A stretch of 63,138 nt of DNA, counting the filler, from Octopus bimaculoides (Eukaryota): NCBI RefSeq assembly GCF_001194135.2. It is 8 parts of 7 records of this genome, joined end to end, with 100 filler letters (N's around TTAATTAATTAA, not from the genome) between each part and the next. Parts side by side here need not be neighbours in the genome. Positions count along the whole stretch, not along the records: positions 43,353 to 55,831 come from NC_068986.1; positions 55,932 to 58,987 come from NC_068991.1; positions 59,088 to 63,138 come from NC_068987.1; 5 more parts are not named here. One strand, 5' to 3'. The position numbers were made by a program, and so were the translations under genes. The notes under the pieces were generated by a model, which worked only from the letters and a program-made list of their open reading frames with translations, was not told where the DNA came from and made no database searches. Positions 51,105 to 63,138 of this stretch are shown here, piece by piece. Every line of letters starts with the position of its first letter. Position 1 is the first letter of the stretch.

Positions 51105-51672
51105 AACGAAAATATGTCGGTTCAACAGTATCCCCGATTAAGCAATATCTGAACAACCACAAGTCCTCTTTTAGAAAACCAAGAAGGTACAACATCACAT
51201 ATGGAGCTTTAAAGTGGAAGGAACACCATACACAATTAAATAGAAGCTCCTATAAAAGAGACCAAATGATATAAACTTTGCTTGTCTGAGAGGGCAAGAA
51301 TCCTAAAAAAAACTCGCTCGACCTGGGGACCTTTTTAAATTTCAGGAAAGAAGTATTCGGTCAATGCTTTCATCTAAAAGGTTTCCTACTTCAGACTTGG
51401 GATTCCCCATTCGTTGAATAGTCCTGCTACAGCTCCTTTGCACATAACCATGGCAGTATCTGATATAAGGGGGATAACTCCGTACCACCCGCAACACGGA
51501 CAATTATTATTTGCTTCTAGACCAACTGGCCGTTACATATTTCTTCCTCCAGTTGTAGAGAGGTTATACACCTTCAACCATTTGAGTCTGACGAGTCACC
51601 TATACTGCTAGGCGCTTTATTGGTGCGAAGTTATTGTTCTATGACCGGCCATAACTTTTAACTTCCTAAAGA
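51105..51672 (+). mobile_element. Inverted, more diverged copy of the same PLE 3' end
   Basis: Reverse-complement homology to about 50260-50830 (gaaaatatgtcggttcaa...gagtctgacgagtcacctatactg...ttttaacttcctaaa). Confidence 0.8.
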
Positions 51673-52511
51673 ATATATATATATATATATANNNNNNNNN
51701 NNNNNNNNNNNNNNNNNNNNNNNNNNNNNNNNNNNNNNNNNNNNNNNNNNNNNNNNNNNNNNNNNNNNNNNNNNNNNNNNNNNNNNNNNNNNNNNNNNNN
51801 NNNNNNNNNNNNNNNNNNNNNNNNNNNNNNNNNNNNNNNNNNNNNNNNNNNNNNNNNNNNNNNNNNNNNNNNNNNNNNNNNNNNNNNNNNNNNNNNNNNN
51901 NNNNNNNNNNNNNNNNNNNNNNNNNNNNNNNNNNNNNNNNNNNNNNNNNNNNNNNNNNNNNNNNNNNNNNNNNNNNNNNNNNNNNNNNNNNNNNNNNNNN
52001 NNNNNNNNNNNNNNNNNNNNNNNNNNNNNNNNNNNNNNNNNNNNNNNNNNNNNNNNNNNNNNNNNNNNNNNNNNNNNNNNNNNNNNNNNNNNNNNNNNNN
52101 NNNNNNNNNNNNNNNNNNNNNNNNNNNNNNNNNNNNNNNNNNNNNNNNNNNNNNNNNNNNNNNNNNNNNNNNNNNNNNNNNNNNNNNNNNNNNNNNNNNN
52201 NNNNNNNNNNNNNNNNNNNNNNNNNNNNNNNNNNNNNNNNNNNNNNNNNNNNNNNNNNNNNNNNNNNNNNNNNNNNNNNNNNNNNNNNNNNNNNNNNNNN
52301 NNNNNNNNNNNNNNNNNNNNNNNNNNNNNNNNNNNNNNNNNNNNNNNNNNNNNNNNNNNNNNNNNNNNNNNNNNNNNNNNNNNNNNNNNNNNNNNNNNNN
52401 NNNNNNNNNNNNNNNNNNNNNNNNNNNNNNNNNNNNNNNNNNNNNNNNNNNNNNNNNNNNNNNNNNNNNNNNNNNNNNNNNNNNNNNNNNNNNNNNNNNN
52501 NNNTATATATA

Positions 52512-52655
52512 TAGGTGACTCGTCAGACTCAAATGACTGAAGGTGGATAACTACTCTACACTTGGATGAAGAGATATGTGACGGTCAGTTGGTTTGTTAT
52601 CCTCCTTACATTGGCTCCGGTCATGATTATATGCGAAGGAGCTGTGACGGGACTA
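52512..52655 (-). repeat. Third, near-identical copy of PLE terminal repeat segment 50331-50475
   Basis: About 144 bp with only about 2 differences. It starts right after a gap. Confidence 0.85.
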
Positions 52656-52739
52656 TGTATGTATGTATGTATAGGATAGCCCAAAGTTCTGGATACATAA
52701 GAATTTTGCCAAGTATATTTCTGATATCCCTGAGATATT

Positions 52740-52990
52740 TGGCAAGTTATTAACAGCTCCATATTTTTTTTTTTATAAATAATGTAACTGGAGAGACATC
52801 GATACTTGTGCTGCAATCCAGTCTTATTTTAAAATTTGACGACATTGTTTAGTCGAAAGACCTACAGTGTAACTTCAACAGACGGTAATCCACCATATTG
52901 CACTGTTAGCGTGTAGGAATTATGTAAATGAAAACTTTCCGGACTGATGGCTCGGAAGACAAGAACTGATGGTTCTTAAAAAATGTTCAG
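52740..52990 (+). mobile_element. Tc1/mariner catalytic-domain fragment
   Basis: FQQTVIHH/FQQDGxPPH-like segment followed by RNYVNENFPD.WLGR (YLNExFPxRWIGR motif). Confidence 0.55.
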
Positions 52991-53246
52991 TGATGGCCTT
53001 GTGAATCATTAGGTTGCATGAATTGACAAACTATCGATTCAGTCAAGAAGACAATCATATCCACTGGTAATAATATCATTGCAGAAACCATCAGGACGAG
53101 GCGTGCTCTTCATGTCTTTACACCATGTTAAGAATGCTTAGCTGTCGAATAGCAAAAGTTTCAATGCATAAAGTGAGATCCAGAGCTTTGGACAAACCTG
53201 TATGTATGTGTGTGTGTGTGTGTATGTATATATATGTATATATGTA

Positions 53247-53301
<55 letters not shown>

Positions 53302-53850
53302 NNNNNNNNNNNNNNNNNNNNNNNNNNNNNNNNNNNNNNNNNNNNNNNNNNNNNNNNNNNNNNNNNNNNNNNNNNNNNNNNNNNNNNNNNNNNNNNNNNN
53401 NNNNNNNNNNNNNNNNNNNNNNNNNNNNNNNNNNNNNNNNNNNNNNNNNNNNNNNNNNNNNNNNNNNNNNNNNNNNNNNNNNNNNNNNNNNNNNNNNNNN
53501 NNNNNNNNNNNNNNNNNNNNNNNNNNNNNNNNNNNNNNNNNNNNNNNNNNNNNNNNNNNNNNNNNNNNNNNNNNNNNNNNNNNNNNNNNNNNNNNNNNNN
53601 NNNNNNNNNNNNNNNNNNNNNNNNNNNNNNNNNNNNNNNNNNNNNNNNNNNNNNNNNNNNNNNNNNNNNNNNNNNNNNNNNNNNNNNNNNNNNNNNNNNN
53701 NNNNNNNNNNNNNNNNNNNNNNNNNNNNNNNNNNNNNNNNNNNNNNNNNNNNNNNNNNNNNNNNNNNNNNNNNNNNNNNNNNNNNNNNNNNNNNNNNNNN
53801 NNNNNNNNNNNNNNNNNNNNNNNNNNNNNNNNNNNNNNNNNNNNNNNNNN

Positions 53851-53907
<57 letters not shown>

Positions 53908-54147
53908 ATATGCATAAACATGTTCACACTTTCTAGCACTTCATTACCAATTGCATAATGTTTGTTTTTAACTGAAAATGTTGCACATTATTGTTCTTCA
54001 AATATTGCACATCGATAATATATTTGCAAATCACATTATTTTCTTCCTTGTCTATCATTTGCATTTGTTTGTATGTTATATGACAGCTGTAATAATGATG
54101 ATAATAATAATAATTAATAATTAATAATAATAAGGATGATGATGATA

Positions 54148-54217
<70 letters not shown>

Positions 54218-54620
54218 TAATAATAATAAATAGAAATAATAAAAATGTAACTGTTTGTAATTTTCAAATGTATTAACAATATTTTGTCTTCTTGACCAAT
54301 TAATTTTAGTTGATTATATATTCGAATTGCGTATTAATTAACTTACAAACAATTCGACAATAAAAATACAGTGTGAAAGCACATATATTTATACACATTC
54401 ATATATATAGATATAGATATAGATATATATATATACATACATATATTTAGAGAGAGAGAGAGAGAGAGATAGACACATTCATATATATATAAATATATGT
54501 ATAAGTAGAGTAGTGCAGTTTTCATGTAGTTAGTTTTCTAATATATAAATGCTTTAAAGATTGTTTATAACGCCAAAACAAAGCAATTAGAAACATGTTA
54601 TTGAAAAATGATTAATACAT

Positions 54621-54806
54621 ATCGATGGTTAGTACTGTTACTTGGTATTTCAATATTTCAGGGTTAGAACCCCTTCTTCAGGAATTTTTATACACGCGCT
54701 ACAGACTTGACACATCAGCAAACAATAGCTTTCACACCAAATTTCCTGAAGAAGGGCTGCTCAACCTGAAATATTGAAATGCCAGGTAATAATAATAGCC
54801 ATCGAT
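54621..54806. repeat. 186-bp hairpin with about 66-bp arms, each encoding a minimal hammerhead on opposite strands
   Basis: 54621-54686 inverts 54739-54806. Plus strand: atttc-CTGAAGA-agg(gctgctcaa)cct-GAAA-tatt/gaaat. Minus strand: aattc-CTGAAGA-aggg(gttctaa)ccct-GAAA-tatt/gaaat. Confidence 0.8.
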
Positions 54807-55018
54807 TTCCATTATTATTTTTTTATAACTTGCATTGTTTTGGCTTTATAAAAAATATTCCATGCGTTTATATATATGTATGTATGTATATGTGTATATA
54901 TATAGTTAGAAAAAATGGCTGATTAAAATATTCAAGCAGATATCAATAGAGCATTCGGTTTTAAAAGAATCCGGTTAACAATATCCAACGATCATACAAA
55001 TGTTTATATATATGTATA

Positions 55019-55124
<106 letters not shown>

Positions 55125-55668
55125 TACATATATGTATGCAATACAATATATACATACATATATATTTATATCGATATAGATATCTACTGATATTCTCATA
55201 TATCTTCGAATACGTGTGAAAATGAAAGTCAAACTGCTAATTGATTAAAATAAGTTAAAATCTAGCTTGCAGATTTGTGTGCGTGTGTGTGTTTGTGTAT
55301 GTGCGTGTTTGTGTGTGTGTGTACATACATATGATATCTCTCTATCTATCTGTATATAGAGAGATAGATAGATAGATAGATAGATGGATAGATAGATAGA
55401 TAGATAGATAGATGATAGATAAAGCCATACATATGAATATATTCATATATTACTAATGATGTACGAACTCCATTACACTCAATAGGTTACCGCTATTTCA
55501 ACTAAGAGACCAGAGCAATACCGAATAATGAGTGCAGTATTGTACCGTCTTAGCTTCCTCATAGCCAGAATGGATGTCTCTTCGGGAGATACATATGTAT
55601 GTATGTACGTATGTATGTGTATAAATGTTTGTGTGTGTATATATATATGTGTGTGTGTGTGTGTGTGC

Positions 55669-55715
<47 letters not shown>

Positions 55716-56099
55716 TGTGTGTATATATATATATAAATACATATATATATATATATATAAACCTTTGTCTCTATATATATATGTGTATATATATTTATAT
55801 ATATGTCTGTATATATACATATATATATATANNNNNNNNNNNNNNNNNNNNNNNNNNNNNNNNNNNNNNNNNNNNTTAATTAATTAANNNNNNNNNNNNN
55901 NNNNNNNNNNNNNNNNNNNNNNNNNNNNNNNGTATGATCAAAAGCTTTTCAGCTGTGAATCTCCCACATTATATTTAGGCATATAACGTGTCCTTCCTTT
56001 TTCAAGACAGTAGGGAGTGTGTAACGGGAGATTTGGCGGGGGTGGTAGAGGGAGGGGAAGATTAGCAGGTTATTTCTACAGACCGTGACCAAATCGTTA

Positions 56100-56230
56100 G
56101 AGATTCGGACAAAATACCTTTGGCATTTAATCACGGCCCTTTACGTTCCGATCTCAAATCGCGCCGAAGTCAGCGCTGCCTTTCACCGTGCCGCAGTCGA
56201 TCAGATAAAGTATTAGCGAAGTTACTGAGA
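56100..56230 (+). mobile_element. Degraded Deu/Nin-domain-like SINE
   Basis: tttacgttccgatctcaaatcgcgccgaagtcagcgctgcctttca. Confidence 0.5.
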
Positions 56231-56489
56231 TAGATCTATAATTTTTTTCTAAATCATCCTAGAAGCGGATGGGATTTTGATAACAGTTACTGTTCAAATC
56301 CAGGTCAGTTCTAAACAGGCAGAACCTCTGTAGTATGCAGCATTACGTCGTCAAATGTGACCTTTTCTTAAGGCGGACATAGCGAGTGATTTGAAGGAGA
56401 GTTTGTTGCTATTTCTGACGTCATTGTTATATTGTTGCTAGCATCCTTTTGTCTCGGGAGACAATGGAGTTGCGCATAAACTAATCCAG

Positions 56490-56830
56490 TCTGGTTTTTA
56501 CATTTCATGTCCTCTCCAGTTTCCTGTCCAATTTTGCGCAGGCCTGGGCTAGATGTAAGAAAATCCTGGGTAGCCCAATCGTCAGGATTCCTCTCTCGAC
56601 CTTGCTGACGTAGTTCAAAGGAGTGCAGAGCATTATGTTTGGCACCAGCTTGGTTGCAGGAGCTGCTGGAAGAATGTCGAATCGAACACTAAATCGCCTA
56701 CGGGGCTCCACTCCGGATTTCTTTGAAGGTTGTCTCCTTCCCGTAACCCTGGATAGGGGCCCATACTGGGCACTGTCAGCCGGAACCAGCTGAGCCCGGG
56801 ACTCATGTCAGGCAGAGTTGTCACTCCCTG
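56490..56830 (-). mobile_element. Probable 5' leader of an RTE/BovB-type LINE
   Basis: GC-rich island. Minus strand aaatccggagtggagcccc..aggcg and ctcctttgaactacgtcagcaaggtcgagagagg resemble RTE 5' regions as recalled from memory. No RT motif is present. Confidence 0.4.
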
Positions 56831-58154
56831 AAGTAGTGAAGAAAATCGCTACCCACTACCTAGAGTTATATTGTAAAACCTATCTGTCTTAAACTGCATT
56901 ATAGGACTCGGGGGAAAATCAATAAACTGGGCCCTATAATATTTATTTACTGACGACAAGCCACAGCATATACAAATCAGAACTGGGCCCACCACCACGA
57001 ACAACTGTTCAGTGCACCCATGTCTTAAGACGGCAGCAGTCGCTATACTAAACCAGAACAGACAAACGGAAGAAGCAATAATATTTTGCAATCGCTGTAT
57101 CGTATTGCCATGCGATGATTGCAAATAGTCACGAGAGGTAATCATATCCTCACCAGCAAATTCATTTTTCAAGTTATCTCGGTCGTTGAAAATGGTGGTG
57201 TTGACATCTGAAAATTTTCGTCTTATATGGTTTCAATTTAGAAAATAAAGGAGCCTTTGATGGACGCTTTAGAATAGAAGTCGAGCGCTTACTGTTTCGC
57301 TTGTTATAATGTAGTGCTTGCTGACTGTCGTTAAGGAAGAGGGATATCATGTTTTGCAGCGATCAAACAAGCGCAGAGCGGAGAGTTTTGAGAAAAAAAT
57401 TCAATGAATGATGAGCTCAAACAGTATATAATGTGCAACTATATACTGCGTACCGCTTTTCGCTATATTTCCTGTTGTTGTTGTTGTTGTTGTTGTTGTT
57501 GTCGTCGTCGTCGTCGTCGTCGTCGTTGTTGTTGTTGTTGTTGTTGTTCAGTAGTTTTATTTTATAACATGCTTTCGCTTCACTACCGAGCGCAGCTCTG
57601 TGCGCCTTGGGTATGTGCTGTGGTTTGCTGTGGTGCTCTTATGTTTACTGTATTGAAAGTGTTTTGCGTAGAATGTGTGCAGTATCCAGTAGTGCAATTT
57701 TCTGTATGTTATATATATTTGTAAGTCCTGGTGTTTTTGTTATGTATTTGTCTGAATATTTTTTTTTATTATNNNNNNNNNNNNNNNNNNNNNNNNNNNN
57801 NNNNNNNNNNNNNNNNNNNNNNNNNNNNNNNNNNNNNNNNNNNNNNNNNNNNNNNNNNNNNNNNNNNNNNNNNNNNNNNNNNNNNNNNNNNNNNNNNNNN
57901 NNNNNNNNNNNNNNNNNNNNNNNNNNNNNNNNNNNNNNNNNNNNNNNNNNNNNNNNNNNNNNNNNNNNNNNNNNNNNNNNNNNNNNNNNNNNNNNNNNNN
58001 NNNNNNNNNNNNNNNNNNNNNNNNNNNNNNNNNNNNNNNNNNNNNNNNNNNNNNNNNNNNNNNNNNNNNNNNNNNNNNNNNNNNATTAGAAAGCATTTTT
58101 TTTCATGATCTTTGACAACTATATCTGGTCTATTTGCCTTAATTTCTCTATCTA

Positions 58155-58174
58155 TTTATTATTATTATTATTAC

Positions 58175-58254
<80 letters not shown>

Positions 58255-58275
58255 TTATCATTATTATCATTATTA
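58155..58275. repeat. (ATT)n microsatellite
   Basis: Read directly from the sequence. It explains the poly-L and poly-Y ORFs. Confidence 0.95.
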
Positions 58276-58925
58276 TTCAGGCGACTCATCTCTTAAATAT
58301 AGGATTGTAAATATATATATATATGCATGTGTGTGTATCTCTTTCTCCATATATATACACACACACACGCAACTAATAATTACTTTTATGCACAAACAAC
58401 GTGTATTACAAAAATCTATGCTAAACTAAATTTGCAAGTAGTTAGACTAGTTTGTAACACCTTTTCTGCTGCTCTAAGTAAATAAATGTGAATTCATCAT
58501 TTCCTTTTCGCAAATAGAAAAACACAAGAGATAAACATGACATGCTTCGTGGCTGTTTAGGCCCGCTTCAGAAAACCCTCAAAACTCATCGCGCTTCTAC
58601 GTGAGAAAAGGACATCAGAAGAACCAGTATTTAAATCACGCACATACTAGTTCAATCGTTGACTAATTTACATATCGTTCATTAGTTGGTGTTGTGATTA
58701 AAAACGTAATAAGTATTTTTAGCAGTTCTCAATAATCATTACATTATGGTTCTAAATATAGTTTTTTTTTTTTGCTTTTCCTAAGGTCTTTACAAAGGAC
58801 GAAATGTTTTCTTTACATTTGTGAAAATTTATTCCAGTAATTAATCTGTGTGTGTATGTGTGTTGTTTGTGTTTGTATATTCGCGTATGTATATGCATGT
58901 ATGTGTATCTCCCCGTCTCTTTCTC

Positions 58926-58987
<62 letters not shown>

Positions 58988-59089
58988 NNNNNNNNNNNNN
59001 NNNNNNNNNNNNNNNNNNNNNNNNNNNNNNNTTAATTAATTAANNNNNNNNNNNNNNNNNNNNNNNNNNNNNNNNNNNNNNNNNNNNCT

Positions 59090-59755
59090 ATAGTATAATG
59101 TGTCCATTATTACAACTGCACTTCCTTTATCTGCTTCCTTAATCGTAATATCTTCATCATTTTAGAGTTCTATTAGTTCCTTCCATTGTGTAGTGTTAAA
59201 GTTTGAGTTAACTGTCTGTTTATGCATGGTGTGGTAAGGGAAGTTCTCGATGTGGTTTCAGAATTCATCAAGATTTTTATTTCTACCTTTGTGTGGGATG
59301 TGCTCACTTTTGTTTTTGACTAGTGAGTCATCTTCAGTGTTGTGATTGGTAAATGCTTCTGTGAGTCTTAATTTTTTACAGAATTCTGTTATACTGTCCT
59401 TCACTTCATTTTGGTTGGCTCTGCGTGGAGTTGGTGTACGTTGATATATTCGTTTTGCAAGATTCTTGATGTGAGTTCGTGTGTTGAAATAGATATTGCT
59501 GAATTTGGGAACGGTCATTTTATATCCATGTGTGTGTGTCTATGTTTAGTAAATGTTTGTGGGGGAATGTGTATGGTACCTGCATTATCAGTATCCCCTG
59601 TTTATTCACGTTAGTTTAATTTACTCTTATTTATTTTATTCATTTGTTTTTATCTAACTTTTTCATTTCTTTCTTTTTTTGTATTAATTTAATTTAATTT
59701 ATTATATTTTGTTTATGTACATAATTATTTAATTCAATTTATTTATCTGTCTATT
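59090..59755 (-). mobile_element. PLE family X: terminal repeat followed by ORF N-terminus, running into a gap
   Basis: Minus strand TPTPRR...FCKKLRLTEAF...DDSLVKNKS...GRNKNLDEF, then IKEADKGSAVVIMD (IKPADKGxxVV motif). Confidence 0.85.
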
Positions 59756-59879
59756 GTATTAATTTCCTATTATTATTAGTTTATGGAGATCTTATTCTGT
59801 CATAGTTATGGTGTGTGTGTGTGTGTGTGTGAGGGTGTGTGCTAGTGTTCCATTCTAGTTTTCTATTTAGGCCAGGTTT

Positions 59880-61620
59880 ATCATCTATTATGTGTGTAGC
59901 TTCCGTAATTTGTCTAAGCGTTGCGTCCAATGCTCATTTACCCGTCTCCTATGCTCCGTGCTGTCTCCCTTATACGTAATTTTCTTGTTTCTGCACCGTC
60001 CCTCTGTACATCTTATACTATAGACTACATTCCAAGCTTTACAGTTTGTTTGTAGGCTAAACCTACATACAATAGAGTTCCTATCAGTACAGGGGTTCTA
60101 TTAAAAGGGTAAGTTCTACCGATTAGGGATTTGATATGGTTACATGGCCTTTCTACAACCTTAATTCTTAGCTTAAGCTTGTCTAGGCTCCTTCTCATCG
60201 TATTCCATGACTTGCTCCTATAGAGTGGGCAAATCCATTCCTATCGTTATGTATGATAGTTTCAAATTTCCTCATGGCTCCTTTGTATACTCTGATCCTT
60301 TCTCTATGGCTGTGTCCTGAGAACTGCATGCAGTGAACGAAGTGTTGTATATGTATCTTTAACTCTGTAGGGTCGCACATGCGGGACACATTTCTCATTA
60401 CTCTGATGAGGTCTGCCATCAATATACTGAATTTGACATTATTCGAGATAGCTGAGTTCCGGTGGATCAGGTATTTGGAGGCCATAGGTTTGGCACAGCG
60501 TGAATGGAGGATATAGGTTTTATTTTTCAGTTTCCAGTCAGAGTTCTGTATCTAGTCCTGGTAGTTTATGGTTGGGGTGTTTCGTAAGGCCTATCGTGAC
60601 CTTAATACTCTGGTGGATGGAGTTAGTTATTTGCTGGATGCTCGCCATGTGTTAGTTTCTATTTCAAGGGTATTCTCTTGTGGGGGTACCATGTGTTAGT
60701 TTCTATTTCTATTTTAAGGGTATTCTCTTGTGGGGGTGCCTTTACCACTATGTTGATATGATCGACATAGCGGGAGTACATGTTCATGAGTATGGAGTTC
60801 TGCGTCAGGTGTTCTTTAAGCCTCCTATCCCACCATACCATGAAAAGGTTAGCCACATCACCGGCGATGCTAACCCCGATGGCCGCCCCCTCATCCTAGA
60901 TACATATTTTGTTAAACGTGTGGCCTTTTAGGGTAACTCTTATAGTAGCTCCTAGTGTATGTGCGATCATTTTCTTTACTTGATATTGATTTTCGAGAGA
61001 TCGTATGACTCTGGTCCATCCGCTCCATCTCTCTATAGGGGTCTTCCTAGCCATAGATGTAATTGTAGGGGGTCTACCTCTGAAACGTCTACTGGGGCAG
61101 AAACTTCTAAGGTCATATTTGTCTAGATATTCATTGTCATATATCAGTCTACGTAGGAGACTAGTTCCTCTGTGTTGACATTGCGGAACTATACTTCGTT
61201 TTCGCTGATCATCTCTACGCACTTCACCGCAAAATCTACGTCGATGGATGGGTATAGGGATGCCATATCCGTGCTACCCACTATATATCCTGTCAGGTCG
61301 CAGGTGTTGTTACAGTCGTTGATCCTGCTGAGGAGATCTTCCGTGCTATCACAAACATCTGGTAACATCTGGATTATGGGGCGTATGATCATTGAGAGGA
61401 AGCAGGAGATCTTGTAATTGCTAGCGGTATTCGCTCCGCAGACTGGTCTTGGTGATCCCGCCACTGGATTGGTGGTTATTTTGTGGTTTTTGAGGAGTCA
61501 ATACAGCGTCGGGATATCGTTGTTCCAGGCTTGGAAATTGTTGGCCGTGCATTTCTGAGGTCCAAGAACAATTGTCTACATCATGGACCTTTTCTCTCTC
61601 CTCGTGCGCCTGTAAAGTTG
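59880..61620 (-). mobile_element. PLE family Y: RT plus GIY-YIG pseudogene
   Basis: RPVCGAN, GSTDMASLYPSI, GGPIG..ANLFMVWWD, SRYVDHI (YVDD), KPMASKYLIHRNSAI, LRIKVVERP and GETARSIG..NEHW, across many frameshifts. Confidence 0.9.
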
Positions 61621-61679
61621 TTACTTTCATGTTGGCGATGTAAGGTTGCATTGCCTAATAATAATATGAAACTAATACA

Positions 61680-62120
61680 ACAGACAGATAAATAAATGGA
61701 ATTAAATAATTATATACATAAACAAAACAAAATAGATTAAATTAAATTAAATTAATACAAAAAAAGAAAGAAATGAAGAAGTAAGTAGATAAAAACAAAT
61801 GAAGTAAAATAAATTAAAGTAAATTAAACGAACACGAATAAACAGGGGATACTAATAATGCAGGTACCATACACAGTCCCACATACACATTTACTAAACA
61901 TAGACACACACAGGGATATACGCATGCGCAAAATAAGACACATACAACAGGAATACAAAATGGCAGATCGTTAGGAAGGAGAGATACAAAAAAAGAAAGA
62001 AGAAAGCAAAGGACCACTGATGAGGTCACAGAAGTGTGACGAAAGAACAGTGGTCGAAATACAGCTAATATAAAATAAAGCTGAAGCAAATGAACACCAA
62101 ATATATAGTGTGTGTGTTTT
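61680..62120 (+). mobile_element. Inverted copy of the family X terminal repeat, with a hammerhead-like core
   Basis: 61680-61920 inverts 59520-59755 at high identity. CTGATGA-g-gtcaca(gaag)tgtgac-GAAA lies at 62017-62044. Confidence 0.75.
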
Positions 62121-62279
62121 CATTGGCTAAACTAGCAACATGACCATCCCCGAATGCAACAATATATATATATATANNNNNNNNNNNNNNNNNNNNNNNN
62201 NNNNNNNNNNNNNNNNNNNNNNNNNNNNNNNNNNNNNNNNNNNNNNNNNNNNNNNNNNNNNNNNNNNNNNNNNNNNNNT

Positions 62280-62660
62280 TTACCTTTTACATGTTTCAGT
62301 CATTATTAGACCGCAGCCAGGCTGGGGCACTGCCTTGAAGGGTTTTAGTCGAAAAAATCTATCAAAGGACTTATATCTATTTAAGCATAGTACTTATTCG
62401 ATCAGTCTCTTTTCCCGAGCCGCTAGTTTACAGAGACGTAAAAAAACCAACACCCGTCGTCAAGCGGTTATGAGAAACAATAATACATTCAAACACATGC
62501 ATACATTTATACTCGGTGGGCTTTTTTCAGTTCCCATCTACCTAATTCACAAGGCTTTGATTGGCCTAAAGCTATAGTAGAAGATACATGCCCAAGATGT
62601 CACGCAGTGGGACTGAACCCACAACTATGTAGTTGGGAAGCAATTTTCTTACCACACATA
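62280..62660 (-). mobile_element. Octopus tRNA/CORE-type SINE
   Basis: Same head, core and tail blocks as 32227-32636. The 5' end of the head is cut at the Tc1 TIR. Confidence 0.85.
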
Positions 62661-62662
62661 TA

Positions 62663-63105
62663 CAGGGGTTGGACAAAAATAATGGAAACACCTTAGAATT
62701 TCAAACAAATTTATTTTAATATGAGATACGACCGCCTTTGGCAGTAATTACAGCTTACATTCTACGAGGTATGGACTCGTACAAAGTTTGAATTGTTTCC
62801 AAAGGAATTTTTGTCCATTCTTCAGCTAAAACAGTCTCCAGTTCTTGTGATGATGGTGGAGGATATCGACTCCTCAGTTGTTTTTTCTAAAATGCGCCAT
62901 AAATGTTCAATAATATTGAGATCTGGTGTCTGTGGTGGCCAGATAAGATATTCAACTTCACTAGAATGTTCCTCGTACCATTCAATAACAACTTTAGCTG
63001 TGTGAATTGGTGCATTATCATCCTGAAAGATTGCGTTTCCCTCTAGAAACAGTTCCGCAACCATAGGATGAATTTGATAAGATAAAATACTTAAATAGTC
63101 TCACC
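62663..63105 (-). mobile_element. Tc1 (DD34E) element, 3' part with TIR
   Basis: TA followed by TIR caggggttggacaaaaataatggaaacacc. Minus strand FQDDNAPIHTAK...WPPQTPDLNIIEHLW. Confidence 0.9.
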
Positions 63106-63138
63106 ATACACACACATACACACACACACACACACACA

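Noticed and set aside
56849-57172. 107-aa minus-strand ORF with hydrophobic stretches as a membrane protein gene
   Set aside because: It starts at a non-ATG codon, has no recognisable motif, and a strong splice donor lies near its start. Only the micro-exon candidate was kept.
58530-58585. Minus-strand CTGAAGC-gggc..gccac-GAAG-catGTC as a functional hammerhead
   Set aside because: It has two core substitutions and no helix I, so it is a relic at best.

Overview
AT-rich, microsatellite-dense, gap-ridden eukaryotic draft sequence. The SINE families point to a cephalopod, most likely Octopus (inference). No intact protein-coding gene is supported, and most ORF-track entries are translated microsatellites or N-runs. 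The window is mainly transposon remnants: several Penelope-like retroelements (PLEs; RT and GIY-YIG, often with inverted terminal copies), mariner, Tc1, maT/DD37D, hAT-Charlie, a Gypsy integrase with PPT and LTR, Helitron/Helentron pieces and many tRNA-derived SINEs. Two non-coding systems stand out. (1) A tandem cluster of three U5 snRNA genes with shared upstream promoter blocks (35.7-38.4 kb). It is followed directly by a fourth U5-derived unit that keeps the U5 5' start, an Sm-like site and a covarying 3' hairpin but has a new middle instead of loop 1. (2) At least four to five sequence-distinct minimal type I hammerhead ribozyme motifs with palindromic helix III, mostly in inverted-repeat PLE or retrozyme-like arrangements. 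All alignments and folds were done by eye, and TE boundaries are approximate.
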